A stretch of 64,000 nt of DNA, from positions 3,304 through 67,303 of the IMG/VR virus record IMGVR_UViG_3300021168_000494; one strand, given 5' to 3'. This document shows positions 7,572-17,397 of the stretch, piece by piece. The notes beneath the pieces are model-generated. The model was not told where the DNA came from and did not search any database. It saw only the letters and a list, made by a program, of their open reading frames with translations. Numbering within the stretch: position 1 is the stretch's first letter; each line of letters begins with the position of its first letter. The position numbers and the translations under genes are program-made. Source of the DNA: a virus.

Positions 7572-9176
7572 GTGAACGAGCTAGTTCCATACGTCCCCGG
7601 CCGACCGATCCGCATCTCTGATTTCTATCAGCCTTGGGAACACCAAAGACTCTTTCATTCGATGCCGGCCAAACATCGGCTCCACGTCGGTGGCTTCGGA
7701 TCCGGCAAGTCGCGGCCGCTTCTGATGGAAGCGGTCCTCCACTGTATGGAGTTCCCCGGCTCGAATTCGATCATCCTCCGCAAGACGATGCCCGACCTAA
7801 AGCGGACGGTTATCGACAAGTTCGAAGCCGACGTCCCCAAATATGTGTACGAGGCCGGCAGTCAGGCGCGTGGCACATTCAACAAGAGCGACCACATCGT
7901 CTACTGGCCACCGGACCCTGTGACCCATCGGCAGAGCAAACTTTATTTTGGGGCGTGCGAACGCGTCGAGGACGTCGGCAAGTATCTCTCGACCGAGTTC
8001 GTATTCATCGGCTTCGAGGAGTTGGGCGAGTTCCCTTATCTGATTTACGACGCTATGGAGGGCCGCAACCGCTGCACGATCCCGGGCGCTCGCCCCTGCA
8101 TGGCCGGCGTCACGAATCCTATGGGCATCGGATGGGGCTGGATCAAGAAACTGTGGATCGACAAGAAACCAATTCACGGGATGGACCCGGAGAAGTACAA
8201 CCCTGCCGATTATCAATTCCTGCACTCCACGGTTGATCAGAACGAAATCCTGAAGCACGACGAGGCGTACATTGCCTCGCTCGAGAAATCTCCCCTGCGC
8301 GACAAAATCCGGTGGGGGAACATCGAGACGGTCAGCGGCCAATACTTCGACAACTGGGAAGAGCGGCGCCACGTCCTGCCGGCGAGCGCCTTCAAGTTCG
8401 AATCCTGGCAGCCGGTGTGGGTGGGATGGGACTACGGCTTCGGCCACTTCGCCGTGATGAGTTTCTGGACCAAGGCAATCCTGAAGCCGCGGTTTGAAGG
8501 CGAGAAGCCGCGGTGGGTGAACGTGACGCTGCTCGAGCTCATCCTGCACGAGAACACTCCCGAGGAACAGGCGGCCGCCTTGATATCGTCGATCCCGCGC
8601 CTCCGGGACCCCGACACCGGGGAAGACGCCGGCTACGCCTGGGATATCGAGTCCATCCACTTCTCCTGGGAGCGTTTCAACAAGAGCACGAAGGACAAGA
8701 GCGGAAATATAATCAGCGTGGCCGACCAGGTGGGCGATATCCTCGCAGCGGCCGGCTTGCCGCGGCCAACGCGATCAAATACAGACCGCGTTTCCGGCTG
8801 GACCAAGATGTACTCGATGCTCGAGATGGACGACTGGTTCCTGCTCGAGGGGCAGTGCCAGAACCTGGCCGAGTCGATTCCGCTGCTCGTCCGCGGCGAC
8901 GGCGTCACATGCTCGATGGAGGACGTCGTCAAGCCGAAGGGCGTCAGCTTAACTGATGACTGCGGCGATTCGATGCGCTATGCTGTCGCCGGTGTTCTAC
9001 TGGATGCGGCCGACAAGCCCAAGGAAGTTCAGCTGCGGGAAAAGTTGGCCGGGATCAAGGACGAGTTCACGCGATCGGTTGTCGCCTATCGAGAGTGGAA
9101 TCTGGAACAGGCGCAAGGTAGGAAACCTCCGAAGCAGGTGATTCAACCAACGTGGATGCGTCGAGTGAAAAACTGA
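7572..9176 (+). CDS. terL: Terminase large subunit
   Basis: Walker A GGFGSGKS, Walker B-like FIGFEE, motif III 'GVTNP', RNase H-like 'GWDYG' and C-terminal 'DD..DS.RYA'. Confidence 0.92.
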   Translation: MNELVPYVPGRPIRISDFYQPWEHQRLFHSMPAKHRLHVGGFGSGKSRPLLMEAVLHCMEFPGSNSIILRKTMPDLKRTVIDKFEADVPKYVYEAGSQARGTFNKSDHIVYWPPDPVTHRQSKLYFGACERVEDVGKYLSTEFVFIGFEELGEFPYLIYDAMEGRNRCTIPGARPCMAGVTNPMGIGWGWIKKLWIDKKPIHGMDPEKYNPADYQFLHSTVDQNEILKHDEAYIASLEKSPLRDKIRWGNIETVSGQYFDNWEERRHVLPASAFKFESWQPVWVGWDYGFGHFAVMSFWTKAILKPRFEGEKPRWVNVTLLELILHENTPEEQAAALISSIPRLRDPDTGEDAGYAWDIESIHFSWERFNKSTKDKSGNIISVADQVGDILAAAGLPRPTRSNTDRVSGWTKMYSMLEMDDWFLLEGQCQNLAESIPLLVRGDGVTCSMEDVVKPKGVSLTDDCGDSMRYAVAGVLLDAADKPKEVQLREKLAGIKDEFTRSVVAYREWNLEQAQGRKPPKQVIQPTWMRRVKN

Positions 9177-9325
9177 CGAGATGCGAAACCTGCGGGAAGG
9201 AATTTCCGGCATTCAGCGTACCGTTCAACGGTGGCGAGATAGACTCGAAGCATTGCCGGGAGTGTCGGGCGAAAAAGAAAGTGGAACTCAAGTCATACCG
9301 GAAGCCGAAGCAGACCGAAAAGTAA
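9152..9325 (+). CDS. Zinc-ribbon protein (57 aa)
   Basis: Manual translation gives 'CETCGKEF...HCRECR'; the stop overlaps the next ATG (TAATG). Confidence 0.6.
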   Translation: MDASSEKLTRCETCGKEFPAFSVPFNGGEIDSKHCRECRAKKKVELKSYRKPKQTEK

Positions 9326-9534
9326 TGGCTCCTCAGAAACCAACCCGGATCGGACCCGACCGACAGATCGTAACCGATGCGATCACTCTGGCCGACAAAA
9401 TGGGTTGCTCCCTCGTGGCCGATGCTCTCGAGTGGAGCGTAGAGCATGGTACCTGGGTGGTCCCGACCGACAAGGACCTTCCTGCGGATTTCACCATCGT
9501 ACCCGAGCGGAAAGAGCTCACCAATGGAAAATAG
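9325..9534 (+). CDS. Hypothetical protein
   Basis: TAATG coupling supports a start at 9325 rather than 9181. Confidence 0.5.
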   Translation: MAPQKPTRIGPDRQIVTDAITLADKMGCSLVADALEWSVEHGTWVVPTDKDLPADFTIVPERKELTNGK

Positions 9535-9742
9535 CCCAGTCGAAGTCGCCTTTGTTCCAGTCTTCAACGATGAAGGATTTCTCGTGGGAGTCTACAAAAA
9601 GGACGATTCGGATCACCATCACCACTGGATGTTTGACGGGGATGGCGAAGGCGCTGTTTGCCACGCCTGCCAATTGCACATCCGCGTTTATACCGTTCAG
9701 GAAGCGCTGGAGTTAAATGGACCGCAGAAACTTTCTTCGTAA
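9524..9742 (+). CDS. Hypothetical protein with an HHHHW...CHAC metal site
   Basis: Overlapping start; His/Cys motif. Confidence 0.55.
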   Translation: MENSPVEVAFVPVFNDEGFLVGVYKKDDSDHHHHWMFDGDGEGAVCHACQLHIRVYTVQEALELNGPQKLSS

Positions 9743-10070
9743 CATGCTCGGCGTCGCCGCAGCCACTGCGCTGCCGTCCGAAGTGTTTCCGTTCCGCAAA
9801 ATATTTCTTCCAGCGGCTCCTACTGTGGCGTCGACCATGATCATCGAAGGCCCCTGGATTGATCCGGGCCGCGTCGACATACTGGACTGGCAGTACTGGG
9901 GCAGAACGTTCATTCCTGATGAATTCATCGAAGAACTTGTCCCATATCTCACTGGTGTCTGCCCTGTGCTGACAGCCGATGGCCGAAACCGAACGGCGAC
10001 GGCTTTCGTACTGCACCAAGAGGACGCCAAGAGGAAGGTGGACCATTTCCTTCAGAGATTTATTTCGTAG
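9717..10070 (+). CDS. Protein with a twin-arginine-like N-terminus
   Basis: MDRRNFL followed by a hydrophobic stretch; GGAG SD. Confidence 0.6.
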   Translation: MDRRNFLRNMLGVAAATALPSEVFPFRKIFLPAAPTVASTMIIEGPWIDPGRVDILDWQYWGRTFIPDEFIEELVPYLTGVCPVLTADGRNRTATAFVLHQEDAKRKVDHFLQRFIS

Positions 10071-10545
10071 TCGGCACGTTGCCTGGCTCGAAAACGAGAT
10101 ACTCGCGATGACGCTGCGGCACGCAGCTGCGGACCTACAGACGCAGGAAAAGCACGAGAAAGAGATCGCCCGGATCGAATCCCTCAACCAAATCATCCAG
10201 TACGAGGCGATGCGCGAACTCGCCGAAGTGAAAAAGGCTCACGCAGTGGAGTTGTTCCGTGTTATAGAAGAGAACCAGAGATTGCGAGATGATGCCAAGC
10301 GTTTGCAGCTTCTCGCGATCCCGGCACTAAAGAACGTCGAGCTCGAACCAGATAAGACCCCGCCTCCATCGCCGCAGGAAGGTGTTTACCTCGGCACTCC
10401 CTGGCAGCGGGTCCTTGCAAGAGAACTAGAAGCGCAGGAGCGTGCGGCGAAGAACAAATTTACGCGCCCAGTTCCTGCAGAGGGAGCATCCGAACCTGCC
10501 AACGCCACACAAGGGAACAACGCCCCAAGCGACGTGCCATCCTGA
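10045..10545 (+). CDS. Coiled-coil protein, probable ATT start
   Basis: GGAAGGTGG SD, then ACC-ATT in frame; heptad-rich sequence. Confidence 0.6.
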   Translation: MSFRDLFRSRHVAWLENEILAMTLRHAAADLQTQEKHEKEIARIESLNQIIQYEAMRELAEVKKAHAVELFRVIEENQRLRDDAKRLQLLAIPALKNVELEPDKTPPPSPQEGVYLGTPWQRVLARELEAQERAAKNKFTRPVPAEGASEPANATQGNNAPSDVPS

Positions 10546-10969
10546 AAGGAAAATGCGGGCGAAAGGCCTTTGTCGAGCGTGTTACGAGAAGGAACGCCGT
10601 GGGCCAGGGAAATACCGCATAGATGGCAGGAGCAAAGTGCCGGGCTATAAACAAAAGTGGCATCGAACTCCCAAAGGGAAAGAGTCCAATCGAAATGCTT
10701 ACACAAAATATCGCTTCGGCATTTCGAGAGACGAATACGAGAGGCTTCTCAAAGCATCCGATGGGCTGTGTGGCATTTGTAAACGCCCAATGGATATGAG
10801 CAAAGCCGGGAGACATTCGGGGGAAGGGCCAGTTCTTGATCACGGGCACGAAGAGAGAAAGATTCGAGAATTTACACACCGTCGATGCAATGCGGCCATC
10901 GGGCTCTTGAAAGAAGACCCAGTGACCTGCAGGTTGGCGGCTGAGTACATCGAGAAACACAGGAGGTAA
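10496..10969 (+). CDS. Endonuclease VII-like (His-Me finger) homing endonuclease
   Basis: 'YGI....Y..L.......CGIC...VLDH.H......R....CN.AIG' pattern. The start is uncertain: CTG 10496 after GGGAG, or an internal ATG near 10553. Confidence 0.75.
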   Translation: MPTPHKGTTPQATCHPERKMRAKGLCRACYEKERRGPGKYRIDGRSKVPGYKQKWHRTPKGKESNRNAYTKYRFGISRDEYERLLKASDGLCGICKRPMDMSKAGRHSGEGPVLDHGHEERKIREFTHRRCNAAIGLLKEDPVTCRLAAEYIEKHRR

Positions 10970-10970
10970 T

Positions 10971-11453
10971 ATGGCTGTTCTTGCGAAGGACGGAAGTCGC
11001 CACCACTCGGCGAGCCGAGCAAGCCTTCATGACAAGTTGACCGAGAAAAAAGGCCCCGCAACCGTAACCCCGATGAAGAAACCCGAGGGCAAGGATCCGG
11101 CAGCGGCTGCAAAGGCGCCGGCGATCGCCCAGGATCATCCACACATGCCCGGGCCGCACCAAATCCCGACGCAGACTCCGATCGCGGAGCACGTCGAGGA
11201 ACACGGGCCGGCAACCCACACGTTCCACATGCACGACCACGGTGGCGAAGGAAAGCATCATGTCACCTCTCATCACGGAGCTATGGGCGAGAACATGCAC
11301 CACTCCGAACACGAATCCCACGAAGCGGCTCACGATCACATGGCCGTGGCGATGGGCGCCGAATCACCGGATCACGAACAGGGCGAACCACACGACTACG
11401 AAGCGCCCGAAGCGTCGGCGGCCGGCGAACGAATCCCTGGCCTAGCGAGTTAA
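10971..11453 (+). CDS. Histidine-rich low-complexity protein
   Basis: AGGAGG SD; dense H-x-H runs in the C-terminal half. Confidence 0.75.
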   Translation: MAVLAKDGSRHHSASRASLHDKLTEKKGPATVTPMKKPEGKDPAAAAKAPAIAQDHPHMPGPHQIPTQTPIAEHVEEHGPATHTFHMHDHGGEGKHHVTSHHGAMGENMHHSEHESHEAAHDHMAVAMGAESPDHEQGEPHDYEAPEASAAGERIPGLAS

Positions 11454-11457
11454 CGCC

Positions 11458-11625
11458 ATTCCCTGGACACGGCGGCAGGTGAAGTTTCTCTTCTCGTCCG
11501 GTTCGCCGCTCACCGGATCGCAAAAAGAAAAGATGCATGGGGAGTTACACGCTAACCCTGCGATGGGTCACATGAAGAGAGGCTCTTCGCGGATGGCCGA
11601 AGCGTTCAGAAAGGCACGTCGATGA
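11458..11625 (+). CDS. Small basic protein (55 aa), probable ATT start
   Basis: Open frame ATT-CCC-TGG gives (M)PWTRRQVKFLFSSGSPL...ELHANP; its TGA overlaps the ATG at 11622. Confidence 0.6.
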   Translation: MPWTRRQVKFLFSSGSPLTGSQKEKMHGELHANPAMGHMKRGSSRMAEAFRKARR

Positions 11626-11948
11626 ACGAGAACGAAGTAGTTGAGGTCAACGCCAACGGATCCTTCATCACTCCGCAGATTGCATCGTTCGCAGCTACGC
11701 TGTGGAATGACAAGAATCCAAAAAACGGCGTCGCGTACATCGCCCTAGGAGAAACACAACTTCGGAAACTCGAATCTCTCTACATGGGACCAGAAGGCCC
11801 AAGGAGACCGGACGTTGAGATCTCGAAGCACGCGCAAACCCTAGCTCACATCCCGATCCGCGTCGACAAATTGGTACCTGACACCGAGATTCACATGCGC
11901 GATTCGCAGGATCGGCTTGTGGCCAAAATCGTCACGTTGGAGAAGTGA
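11622..11948 (+). CDS. Hypothetical protein
   Basis: AAAGG SD; ATGA overlap. Confidence 0.6.
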   Translation: MNENEVVEVNANGSFITPQIASFAATLWNDKNPKNGVAYIALGETQLRKLESLYMGPEGPRRPDVEISKHAQTLAHIPIRVDKLVPDTEIHMRDSQDRLVAKIVTLEK

Positions 11949-11960
11949 TGTAGGAGGGTG

Positions 11961-12599
11961 ATGGTGGGTGGGAAAACGCTCGTTCATATCGCGCCGGCAG
12001 CTGGCGTACAGAGATGGGCGCTTGCGTTTGTCGGGGGAGGGGACACGAGCAACCAGCCGAAAAGCTGCTTCGTTTGTCCCTTCATGTATCTCAATCAGAA
12101 ACGCTGTCAGATTCACGGGCCAAAGATCGTCATCGACAGGCTGAAGAAGAGTGGAGATGTTTACACCCCAGTTTGCGTCTACCAGCGAGGCGGGACCCCT
12201 TTGGTCGTCGCCGACGATCAGGTCGTCTACAACGCTACAACGCTCGGGGCCGAGGCAGCGGACCAGACCGGATTGGAGTGGTCGAAAACACCTACGGGAA
12301 CGAACTGCGGTGGATTCCGGGAAGGGGCCATCTGCGAATGGTTTATAACGGAGGACGAGAAGGGGAAGGACGGAATTTGCGGCCTCATGTCCAAGGATCA
12401 GGACGAGACCAGTAACGCAATGAGCGATCACAAGGGCCGCGACGTCGATTGGGACGACTGCTGCGACGGACACGAGGGAGAACACATGGAGTGGCGGGAA
12501 GCACAGAAGATTCTCGGTGGCACGACGGAAAAACAGAAACCGTCAAGACTAGCTAAGGCTTTCAAAGCAGAGAAGCTCAAGGAAAGTGCCGCAACTTAA
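11961..12599 (+). CDS. Cys-rich, possibly metal/Fe-S-binding protein
   Basis: AGGAGG SD; two Cys clusters, 'CFVCPF...CQIH...C' and 'CGG....CEWF...CG...DCC'. Confidence 0.65.
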   Translation: MVGGKTLVHIAPAAGVQRWALAFVGGGDTSNQPKSCFVCPFMYLNQKRCQIHGPKIVIDRLKKSGDVYTPVCVYQRGGTPLVVADDQVVYNATTLGAEAADQTGLEWSKTPTGTNCGGFREGAICEWFITEDEKGKDGICGLMSKDQDETSNAMSDHKGRDVDWDDCCDGHEGEHMEWREAQKILGGTTEKQKPSRLAKAFKAEKLKESAAT

Positions 12600-12616
12600 A
12601 AACAGGAGGGAATAGG

Positions 12617-12877
12617 GTGGCTCAAATGACCAAGACTATTATAAATAATGCTCCCGCCTCTTTACAGGCGTTCCAGATTCTTCGCATTGGTGCAGTGGAT
12701 CCCGCCACGTCGCAGCGCCAGCTATTTTTGTCGAACGGAAGTCACGTGCAGATTTCATCGAAGCAAGCCACTCAGTTTTTGCCCAGTGTTGGTGACTACT
12801 ACGTCGTGCCGTCCGAGGGCCACCCGTACTGTGTGGCCCAGTCGACCTTCCTGCAGAACTACGTGGTCGGATCTTAG
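12617..12877 (+). CDS. Hypothetical protein ('P.VGDYYV...G..Y.....F' motif)
   Basis: AGGAGGG SD. Confidence 0.6.
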   Translation: MAQMTKTIINNAPASLQAFQILRIGAVDPATSQRQLFLSNGSHVQISSKQATQFLPSVGDYYVVPSEGHPYCVAQSTFLQNYVVGS

Positions 12878-12887
12878 GAGGTACATC

Positions 12888-13085
12888 ATGGCGAACAGAT
12901 GGATGCAAGCCGAAGCGAGCCGCGAAAAACACGCCGGCACAAAAGGTTCTTTCACGCGGATCGCCCACTCACACGGTCGCTCGACGCACGCCGAAGCCGA
13001 GCACGATAAGCACAAACCGGGAAAGATCGGCCAGAAAGCCAGGATGGCGCTGGCATTTGCGAGTGCGCGTCACCACGGGAGCTAA
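12888..13085 (+). CDS. Small basic His-rich protein
   Basis: AGGAGG SD; 'KG.F...A..HG.S.......K..G....AR.AL' pattern typical of pre-portal small proteins. Confidence 0.65.
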   Translation: MANRWMQAEASREKHAGTKGSFTRIAHSHGRSTHAEAEHDKHKPGKIGQKARMALAFASARHHGS

Positions 13086-13094
13086 AACAATATC

Positions 13095-15737
13095 GTGGCC
13101 TTCAAAACCGAACCAGCCGTCGCCGAGGAAGAGACAGCAACACAAGGTGGCGCCGATACGAAAGATAACGACGAACCAAAGTACGGAATAGGTGTCCTCG
13201 CCGGCCTCGAGTGGTCGCCAGTCCCGAACGCTGAGTTAACAACCGAGCAGAAGAATCTCATCCAGACTATCGTCAAGAAACATGAGAAGCGCGATTATCC
13301 AGCGCGTTTGATCGAAGTGATCGCCGCTTGGGAAGCGGCTCTCTTCTACCGCGGCTTCCAATTCCTGATCCCGCAACGTGGTGGGGGATGGGTGATCCCG
13401 GGCGAATCGAGCGGATACGGTCCTTCGATGCAGATGGATCTTGCCCTCCTGCCGACGAACATCTATTCGGCGCGCGCACAAATGATCATCGCGGCCCTTA
13501 CCCGCACCGTCCCTGGCGTGCGATTCGCCCCGCAACGCGCAGACTCAGACGCGCAAATAACGACGGCCGAATCCGCAGAGAAATTCGTGAAGGTCATCGC
13601 TCGGAACAACGATTTGATCCAGATCCAGACTGACGCGGCCAGGTACCTGTGGACAGACGGACGTTTTCTGTACTGGTCGCGCTTCGTGAAAGACGGTCAG
13701 AGATTTGGATGGGAAGAGGACGACGAGCCCGATGATTTGGTCCCTGAAAACGAGCCAGGCCCATCACCTACGCCAGTCGAGGGTGAGGCTGCTGCGGCAA
13801 CACCGGAATCTGCTGAGACTGCGCAGGAAGGTACACCGTCAGCGGAAGGCCAGGGATCGCCGCTAGAGACTTCCGAAATTTCCCCCTCAGATGAGGAGGA
13901 AAAACAGGAAGGCGAAGAAGGCACCGGCGAGGAAGAGGGTGAAGAGGAAGAAGAGCCGGTAAAGCGCACGCCCCGCGGTCAAGAGGTCCGCACAGCACAC
14001 GGAAAACTGGAAGTGAAACTCTCGCCGATGAGTGCGAATGAACTCAGCGAGGTCGATGTTCTCCTTTTCGAAGGTGAAGTGGATGAATCAAGAGCGCGCG
14101 GCATGTGCCCGTGGGTCGCCAAGGATATCAAAGGAGCGACGAATGCTGCCACGGCCTCGGGAGAGATCGCGCGGCTTGCTCGCCAGAACGTAAAACTCGG
14201 GATGCAGTCGACCTATGTGACTAGCGATTCGATCGCCGCCGACGTCACTATGAAGCGCGTGTGGATGCGCCCAAGCGTCCTGATGGAAATCGCGGATGAA
14301 GTAAAGCGCGACGAACTGATCGCCCTTTTCCCGAACGGCTGTTACGTCTGCTATGCCGGCGAAACGTTTTGTTTCGCGCGCAACGAGTCGATGGATGACG
14401 CCTGGGCGTTGGGACAAGCCTACTCTGGCGACGGCCAGAACAGGAACGCGATGGGCACGTCGACGATGCCGATCCAGAAGCGCCTGAACAACTGGCTCGA
14501 CCTGATGAACGATATCTTCGTGCGGACCATTCCGAAGAAGTGGATGGACTCAAGGGCGTTCGCAGTCGAGGCGATCCGGCAGCAGACGAATGTGCCCGGG
14601 GATATCGGATCCTTCAAACGGCAACCAGGCACGCCGGTCGCTGAATTGATCTTCGTCGAACCAGCCGTCAATCCACCCGCCAACCTTTCGGAGTTCATCA
14701 AGGAATATTCGGGGCCTCTCGCGGAACTTCTCTCCGGGGCGTATCCAGCGCTTGCAGGAGGGGACGTCGGCACAGCTGATAGCGGGGTCGCGATCGCCAC
14801 TCAGCGCGATTCCGCGCTTGGCCGGCTGGCGCCAACCTGGCACCAGATGAAGAACGCCGAAGCGACGTCCATGAAACAGCTTGTGCGGTGGGCCGCGAAG
14901 TGCCGCGACAAGTCGATCAATGAACGAGTGCCTGGCGGTGAAACGATTTCACTCGAGATCAACGACCTCAAAGGCAACATCATGGTGTTTGCCGAGAGCG
15001 ACGAGAACTTCCCGGAGACGTACACGCAGCGTAAGAACGCGCTGATGACAGTCTTCAATGACGCTGCGAAAAATCCCCAGTTGCTCGAGGTCTTCTTTAA
15101 CGCTGCAAACCTCGAACTCCTGCAGAACATGTTCGGGATGGCTGATTTCTACATTCCGCAGGTGGCCGCTCGTAATAAACAGCTTGGCGAGATCGAGGTG
15201 CTGCTGAAGAGCACGCCTGTGCCGAATCCCCAAGTGGAACTGCTCAAACAGAAAATCGCGCAGATGAAAGAGGCCGGCGTGGATCCGCAGGAACTCGCAG
15301 CGGCCGAGCAACAGGTCGAAGCGATGCCGCAGCAGGTGAGTTCGATCGAGATTGACGCAAAGCGCGAGGACAACGACACCGAGGCTCTGACTTGCTGGCA
15401 GTACATCAACAGCCCGGAGGGCCGCGGCGACAAGCAAAAGAACAAAGACGGATTCGATAACGTGTGCCTCCACTACGATGCGCACGTCGCAGCCGCCGAG
15501 GCAAAGGCTGCGGCTGCTGGCCAGCCCGGGAAACCCCCGAGTGTCAGCATCGGATACAAGGACGTCGCCGCACTCGACAAAGGCGCGTCTGATCAGATTT
15601 TGCAAAAGGCTGGCGTTACTCCGACTGCTGGTGCACAGGCCCCGCCTGCTGTTCCAGCACCAACCGGAGAAAAGCCGGTCGCAGCGCCGATCCCGACAGG
15701 AATGCCGGAAGGCGCTGGTGGTCCACCAAAACACTAA
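13095..15737 (+). CDS. Portal protein (P22 gp1-like size) with an acidic insert
   Basis: 880 aa between terminase and scaffold; 'ADSGVAIATQRD.A..RL' portal-like motif; Q/A/P-rich C-terminus. Confidence 0.8.
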   Translation: MAFKTEPAVAEEETATQGGADTKDNDEPKYGIGVLAGLEWSPVPNAELTTEQKNLIQTIVKKHEKRDYPARLIEVIAAWEAALFYRGFQFLIPQRGGGWVIPGESSGYGPSMQMDLALLPTNIYSARAQMIIAALTRTVPGVRFAPQRADSDAQITTAESAEKFVKVIARNNDLIQIQTDAARYLWTDGRFLYWSRFVKDGQRFGWEEDDEPDDLVPENEPGPSPTPVEGEAAAATPESAETAQEGTPSAEGQGSPLETSEISPSDEEEKQEGEEGTGEEEGEEEEEPVKRTPRGQEVRTAHGKLEVKLSPMSANELSEVDVLLFEGEVDESRARGMCPWVAKDIKGATNAATASGEIARLARQNVKLGMQSTYVTSDSIAADVTMKRVWMRPSVLMEIADEVKRDELIALFPNGCYVCYAGETFCFARNESMDDAWALGQAYSGDGQNRNAMGTSTMPIQKRLNNWLDLMNDIFVRTIPKKWMDSRAFAVEAIRQQTNVPGDIGSFKRQPGTPVAELIFVEPAVNPPANLSEFIKEYSGPLAELLSGAYPALAGGDVGTADSGVAIATQRDSALGRLAPTWHQMKNAEATSMKQLVRWAAKCRDKSINERVPGGETISLEINDLKGNIMVFAESDENFPETYTQRKNALMTVFNDAAKNPQLLEVFFNAANLELLQNMFGMADFYIPQVAARNKQLGEIEVLLKSTPVPNPQVELLKQKIAQMKEAGVDPQELAAAEQQVEAMPQQVSSIEIDAKREDNDTEALTCWQYINSPEGRGDKQKNKDGFDNVCLHYDAHVAAAEAKAAAAGQPGKPPSVSIGYKDVAALDKGASDQILQKAGVTPTAGAQAPPAVPAPTGEKPVAAPIPTGMPEGAGGPPKH

Positions 15738-15758
15738 GACAAATATCGGGAGGAACGT

Positions 15759-17234
15759 ATGGAAGAGATACTGAACGGAGCGGGAACGGCGGTCGCAGAT
15801 GGCGCGGCAGCTGGTGGTGATGCTGGTGGTGCGGGAACTGGGGGCGGCGCTGGAGAAGGTGAAGGCGCTGGAGAGGGCGCTGGAGAAAAACCTGGAACTG
15901 GTGAAGGTGGAGCGGGAGGAGATGGCGCCGGCGCTGGAGAAGGAGCCGGTGAAGGAGAAGGCGAAGGAGCCGGCGAGATCGAGGGCGCTGCAGCTGGCGA
16001 AGGAGAAGGCGAAGGCGAGGGCGACGAATTTGAAAGTGCGGATGGCCGCAAGGTCGACTCCAAAACCCGTGAAGCGCTGGCCGCACTCAAGAAAGTAAAT
16101 CCTGCGGCCGCGAAGCAACTCTTCGCGGATCATGGGCGAGCTCAGGCCATCGTCAAGGAAGTCGGCGCGCAAAATCTCAGCGATGCCGTAAACAAGGTGC
16201 GCCAGATCACCGCCACGCTCGAATCGGTTGGTGGCGAGGAAGGCTTGGAAGGGCTGCAAAGCGAGGCCGAGGACTACCGGAACGAAATCAAACAGTTTTC
16301 GGAAGGCGATCCTGCTCTCCTGAATCAGCTTCACGAAGCCAATCCCGACGCGTTCGCCACGTCCATCACGAACGGCCTCGCACTGATCATGGAGAAATCG
16401 CCGGCGAAATTGGACGCCGTTCTCCTGCCAGCACTTGTGCCGCGGCTACAGAAGGCCGGGATGTTTGACTCCGTCGATCAGTTGGCTGCGCTGATCAAAG
16501 AGGGCAAAGGCCAGGAAGCCTATGATCTAACGGCGAAAATCAAGGCATGGCTCGACAACGCGAAACATCTGTCGGAAAAAGCCGCCACGACTCGCAACAA
16601 TGTGGACCCGAGGAAAGAAGCCCAAGACAAACGGGATTCCGAACTCACGGCGAAAGAACAGAAGATCTACGAGGGCCAGATCGGCAGCGACGTGAACAAG
16701 TTGAACAACACTGCAACTGCACGCGTCGTCGAACCGTTCTTTAAAGACCTGAAGCTAAAGACGGAAGGTCGGCGCGAATTCATCAACGCGCTGAACTCGC
16801 GGATTTGGAAGACCATGCGCGAGGACAAAGCGTTCCAGCGCGCTGGCAACGCCCTGAAGGCCAAAGGTGATGCTGGCCGCACTGCGCGATTTGTGAGTGC
16901 CAAATTCGTCGAACTCCTCCCCGAGCACTTCCGGGCACTGCGGGACGCCATGTACCCTAATTACACCCGCGGTGGGACAAAGGTGGCCCCGGGCGCAGGA
17001 AAGGCCAACGGTGCGGCAGGCGGGGTCGCTGGCGGGGGTAACGGGACAGGTGGGGGTGCAGGGGCCGGGAAAGCGCCGGCCGGCGTCACCCTCGTCACCA
17101 AAATGCCGAAACCCGAGGATATCGACTGGAGCAAGACGACCGAGGAAATGTATCACGTTGGCCGTGGGAACGGCGAAGCGATCCTGAAGAGTGGGAAAAG
17201 ACTTCGCTGGAATTGGGCGACCGTCGAACGGTAG
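15759..17234 (+). CDS. Probable capsid scaffolding protein
   Basis: Lies between portal and capsid; G/E/A-repeat N-terminus, helical core, Gly-rich linker. Confidence 0.7.
   Translation: MEEILNGAGTAVADGAAAGGDAGGAGTGGGAGEGEGAGEGAGEKPGTGEGGAGGDGAGAGEGAGEGEGEGAGEIEGAAAGEGEGEGEGDEFESADGRKVDSKTREALAALKKVNPAAAKQLFADHGRAQAIVKEVGAQNLSDAVNKVRQITATLESVGGEEGLEGLQSEAEDYRNEIKQFSEGDPALLNQLHEANPDAFATSITNGLALIMEKSPAKLDAVLLPALVPRLQKAGMFDSVDQLAALIKEGKGQEAYDLTAKIKAWLDNAKHLSEKAATTRNNVDPRKEAQDKRDSELTAKEQKIYEGQIGSDVNKLNNTATARVVEPFFKDLKLKTEGRREFINALNSRIWKTMREDKAFQRAGNALKAKGDAGRTARFVSAKFVELLPEHFRALRDAMYPNYTRGGTKVAPGAGKANGAAGGVAGGGNGTGGGAGAGKAPAGVTLVTKMPKPEDIDWSKTTEEMYHVGRGNGEAILKSGKRLRWNWATVER
15775..16025 (+). repeat. 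Degenerate coding repeat (GEGAG/GEGEG)
   Basis: Repeated ggcgaa/ggcgct/ggagaa units. Confidence 0.7.
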
Positions 17235-17274
17235 AATCAGGCCCGGAGAGTCAGTGGTAGGTTCTCCGAGAGGG

Positions 17275-17345
17275 ATGGAGCACGTTGCCCCTTCTGATGC
17301 CTTTGGTGCTGTGAGCATCGCGTCAGATCACCGTGCTCCATTTTT
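17275..17345 (+). terminator. Long bulged hairpin with a T-tract (terminator or RNase III-type site)
   Basis: ATGGAGCACG...CGTGCTCCAT 10-bp closing stem; inner TCTGATGC/GCGTCAGA stem; followed by TTTT. Confidence 0.55.
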
Positions 17346-17397
17346 GTGTTCTGTTTTGGTCTTGTGCCCCGCGCGATAGCAGGTTAGGATTCAACGG

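Noticed and set aside
9181-9324. 5' part of ORF 9181-9534 as listed in the track
   Set aside because: A zinc-ribbon ORF in another frame (9152-9325) with TAATG coupling explains this stretch better.
11455-11600. Apparent multi-stem ncRNA in an 'intergenic' gap
   Set aside because: An open frame from ATT 11458 fills the gap and ends in an ATGA overlap, so coding is the simpler explanation.
14949-16334. Long antisense ORFs (e.g. 14949-16334, 4312-5286, 32471-33379)
   Set aside because: These are shadows of GC-biased sense genes, with no SD or motifs.
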